Assembly (NCBI RefSeq): GCF_020969955.1
Contig: NZ_JAHDSX010000072.1
Span: forward strand, 1 to 7,397
Length of the DNA: 7,397 nt
Origin: Allobaculum fili
GTDB lineage: Bacteria; Bacillota_I; Bacilli_A; Erysipelotrichales; Erysipelotrichaceae
Direction of reading: 5' to 3'
This document shows positions 5,246-7,397 of the stretch, in pieces; within the stretch, counting starts at the first letter, position 1; each line of letters begins with the position of its first letter. The position numbers were made by a program, and so were the translations under genes. A model generated the notes under the pieces. That model searched no databases, was not told the DNA's origin, and saw only the letters and a program-made list of their open reading frames with translations.

Positions 5246-5938
5246 TTAGACGGCTTGCTTCTTTCCCTTTTTTAAGAGGGTGCTCGACCACGCCTTAAAC
5301 AGGCGGACAAGCGAGGGCAAAGACCACATCCAGCGATTGAGAGCGATTTTCTTCAGAAAAATGCGCAGAGCGCCCTGCGCTGCCTGCCGGCTGTCCCGTA
5401 AAATCCGCCGGCGCAAAATCATGGGCCAGGCCACTTCGCAAATCCAGAGCGCCAGATTCATGAACAGGAACAGAACGATCAGGCAGGCCCCGTAGGACCA
5501 GCGAAGCGCAATTGTCAGCACTCCAAAAAGCAGAACCGTAAGCAGTACGAGAAGAGCGCCGACCCATTTTCTTAAGCGCCTGTGATCATCAAAGAGAATA
5601 CGTGTCCTTCCTTTGTTTTCTGGCTCCTGTCCATTTAAGGCGTTTTCGAAGTCCATACGGGCAAAGAGCAGACGCCAGTCCGAATCCTTTCTGGCGTTTT
5701 CAATCGCCGCATGCCACAGACGGCACGCGGCAATATTGGCCTGCGAAGGAACGGTCTTTTCGGTCTCGATCTGCAGCTCCAGATCGAGTGCCTTTAAAGC
5801 GGTCTGTGCCGAGATCTGCTCCGGCTTAAACGCGCTGATCGTTCGCTGAAGCTTTTCTCTGGACGGGGAAGCCGTCGAAATTTCATTTTTCATATCCTGT
5901 TCAAGCTGCATGAGAATCGCGCAGTAAGTATCTTCCAT
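5246..5938 (-). CDS. Uncharacterised membrane protein: ~135 aa helical N-terminal domain, two TM helices and a basic amphipathic tail (230 aa; the ORF track's 248 aa version uses a GTG at 5992)
   Basis: ATG 5938 sits 7 nt after GAGAGG, whereas the GTG at 5992 has no SD. The TM segments are WVGALLVLLTVLLFGVLTIAL and YGACLIVLFLFMNLALWICEVAW. I recognise no family motif. Confidence 0.7.
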   Translation of the reverse strand: MEDTYCAILMQLEQDMKNEISTASPSREKLQRTISAFKPEQISAQTALKALDLELQIETEKTVPSQANIAACRLWHAAIENARKDSDWRLLFARMDFENALNGQEPENKGRTRILFDDHRRLRKWVGALLVLLTVLLFGVLTIALRWSYGACLIVLFLFMNLALWICEVAWPMILRRRILRDSRQAAQGALRIFLKKIALNRWMWSLPSLVRLFKAWSSTLLKKGKKQAV

Positions 5939-6061
5939 GAGGCCGCCTCTCTTTCTCAGTTTCCGGATTTTCAACTTTGCATCGTTTTGCACGGGCTTAG
6001 TTTCGCTGGCCAGAGCCCGTCTTGTATAACGATCTTCTTACCCATTCGCGCTTATTCGTGC

Positions 6062-6562
6062 TTAATTCAGGCGAATGCGAATGAGCACCTGCCGGGCAAT
6101 CCAGGCGATGCAAAGTCCGGAGAGCACGGAAAGCGCAAGCAGGGCCGGCAGAAACAAGCCCATGAAAAACTGCTGATAAATCCAGGCAATCGCAATGACC
6201 TGTCCGATCGTATGACAGGCCGCACCCAGCGTACTGACTCCGTAAATGGAAAACCAGCCCGAACGGTATGCCAGCGTCATGCCGATCAGAGACAGCGTAC
6301 ATCCGCATGCCGAGAGCAGAAAGCTGACGGAAAAGAGGGTACCAGTGGCCAGCGAAGCCAGGAAAATGCGCAGTACGGTAACCGCACACATTTCCTTTGG
6401 TCCATAGGCATACAGCGCGAACAGGCCGGCAATATTGGCCAGACCGATTTTGTAGCCGGGAATGATCGTAATCAGCGGAAAGAAAGATTCGACGATCTGC
6501 ATGAGAATCGCTGCCGCGATCAGCAGCGAAAGAATCGTCATTTTACGAATTGTCCGGTTCAT
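6062..6562 (-). CDS. Gx transporter family protein (PF07456, historically annotated heptaprenyl diphosphate synthase component I), 166 aa
   Basis: A polytopic membrane protein carrying the family-typical motif ESFFPLITIIPGYKIGLANIAGLFAL. Its ATG overlaps the upstream stop (ATGA at 6562..6559). Confidence 0.85.
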   Translation of the reverse strand: MNRTIRKMTILSLLIAAAILMQIVESFFPLITIIPGYKIGLANIAGLFALYAYGPKEMCAVTVLRIFLASLATGTLFSVSFLLSACGCTLSLIGMTLAYRSGWFSIYGVSTLGAACHTIGQVIAIAWIYQQFFMGLFLPALLALSVLSGLCIAWIARQVLIRIRLN

Positions 6563-7074
6563 TGAATCACCGTATCTTCCTGGGCTTCACTGCCCTCAAT
6601 CGTCACAATCGTCTCGTTGGGCAGACAGACAATGGGAACCGCCGGCGAATCTACATACCCCTGTCGGGAGCAGTAATGATGGGGCGAGTTTTCCTGCGTG
6701 ACCGCAGCCTTACCATTTTTTATGGAAATGTGGACCGTGCCTAAGGTGCCTTCCACCGAATATTCGCCGTCTTCGCTGAGCGGAAGCCGGAGCTTTTCTT
6801 CGCTGCGCACTTTCACGACGGCATATGAGCCGCCTTCTTTATAGTTCAGAAGCGGAAAAAGCAGAAGCACTGCACACGCCAGCAAAAGAACGATCAGAAT
6901 CTTGTCCGCTTTGCGAAGACCGTCTTTGGAAAGGTCCGGACGGATCCGCTCGCGTCGAGACGATCTGGAACGCGTCGTACCCTTTGGCGACGTCTGAGGC
7001 AGCGCTGCATCCGTCTCTGCCGTTTTGCGCTCTGGACTGAATGAATTTTCCGGATAATCTTTGCGCTCTGGCAT
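6559..7074 (-). CDS. NusG domain II-containing protein (DUF1312/PF07009-type), membrane-anchored, 171 aa
   Basis: AGGAGG lies 7 nt before the ATG. The TM helix is ILIVLLLACAVLLLFPLL. The C-terminal beta-rich domain ends in the family-like motif YCSRQGYVDSPAVPIVCLPNETIVTIEG. Pairing with a Gx transporter gene is the usual arrangement. Confidence 0.85.
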   Translation of the reverse strand: MPERKDYPENSFSPERKTAETDAALPQTSPKGTTRSRSSRRERIRPDLSKDGLRKADKILIVLLLACAVLLLFPLLNYKEGGSYAVVKVRSEEKLRLPLSEDGEYSVEGTLGTVHISIKNGKAAVTQENSPHHYCSRQGYVDSPAVPIVCLPNETIVTIEGSEAQEDTVIQ

Positions 7075-7098
7075 GGGTCTGCCTCCTTTTCTGTCTTA

Positions 7099-7397
7099 CT
7101 ATTCAGTATACCGGATCACGGCCTGGGTTTTGGTTTTCGAAACAGGCCGCACTCGGTTTGGAAATCCATGCAGGCCAAAGAAAACCCGCAGCATCGCTCT
7201 GCGGGTCTTTTTTCGAATGGTGAAATTGCACTCGCCATTTGCGTCCAGACAGGATTTATCTTTTCCGCGTAGCGGATAGTGGAGTGCGTCGCCTTTATAC
7301 TTGGCCAGATTCTTTTTGACCAGAATCAGATTCTTTGTGATATCTACTTCCGGATCTATGTCGTATTCTTCTGCAATCTGTAGAAGAGCCTGATAGT
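7099..7397 (-). CDS. 3' part of an unidentified CDS entering from the right edge (...YQALLQIAEEYDIDPEVDITKNLILVKKNLAKYKGDALHYPLRGKDKSCLDANGECNFTIRKK...); true C-terminus uncertain
   Basis: This is the only open minus frame from the window edge (codons phased from 7395). Composition is protein-like down to ~7215. The first in-frame stop (TAG) is at 7101..7099, after the frame has passed through the terminator hairpin and a second hairpin. Confidence 0.5.
   Translation of the reverse strand, partial: YQALLQIAEEYDIDPEVDITKNLILVKKNLAKYKGDALHYPLRGKDKSCLDANGECNFTIRKKTRRAMLRVFFGLHGFPNRVRPVSKTKTQAVIRYTE
7184..7213. terminator. Bidirectional intrinsic terminator
   Basis: Perfect 8 bp stem ACCCGCAG / CTGCGGGT (7184..7191 / 7199..7206) with a 7 nt loop. 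The plus strand continues CTTTTTT and the minus strand continues TTTTCTTTGG. Confidence 0.75.

Noticed and set aside
4297-5275. A 305 aa plus ORF and small ORFs overlapping rex
   Set aside because: These are shadows of rex. They show no motifs, and one runs through the rex promoter and terminator regions.
5280-6565. Several Arg/Gln/Ser-rich ORFs (for example plus 5987..6565 at 192 aa, minus 5997..6389 at 130 aa, and plus 5602..5849)
   Set aside because: Their composition is typical of off-frame translation of membrane-protein genes. The in-frame minus ORFs have RBSs and TM architecture.
1-7397. A mobile element, prophage, defence island or toxin-antitoxin system
   Set aside because: There is no integrase, transposase, recombinase, nuclease, ATPase or other defence-type ORF, no terminal inverted repeats and no tRNA target. 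Gene content is housekeeping apart from the left non-coding end.

Overview
This is about 7.4 kb of a roughly 50% GC, Firmicutes-like chromosome, and every confidently called gene is on the minus strand. From right to left the window holds: the 3' part of an unidentified ORF; a bidirectional intrinsic terminator; a translationally coupled pair of a NusG-domain-II (DUF1312-type) membrane protein and a Gx-transporter (PF07456, mis-named heptaprenyl diphosphate synthase component I) protein; an uncharacterised two-TM protein; rex; asnS behind a ~245 nt hairpin-rich leader; a ~500 nt AT-rich spacer; and a secreted NlpC/P60-type hydrolase with cell-wall-binding repeats. The left ~1.2 kb (1..1232) has no convincing protein gene. 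It is dense in RNA-like structure: a riboswitch-like three-way-junction RNA candidate with its own -10 box and terminator, a duplicated ~55 nt hairpin element, small ORFs and several terminator-type hairpins. I see no rRNA, tRNA, CRISPR array, transposase, integrase or recognisable defence gene. The core genes are ordinary housekeeping. The most interesting material is the structured non-coding left end and the unannotatable membrane protein in the NusG_II/Gx operon. All family assignments rest on motif recognition by eye, and no searches were run.
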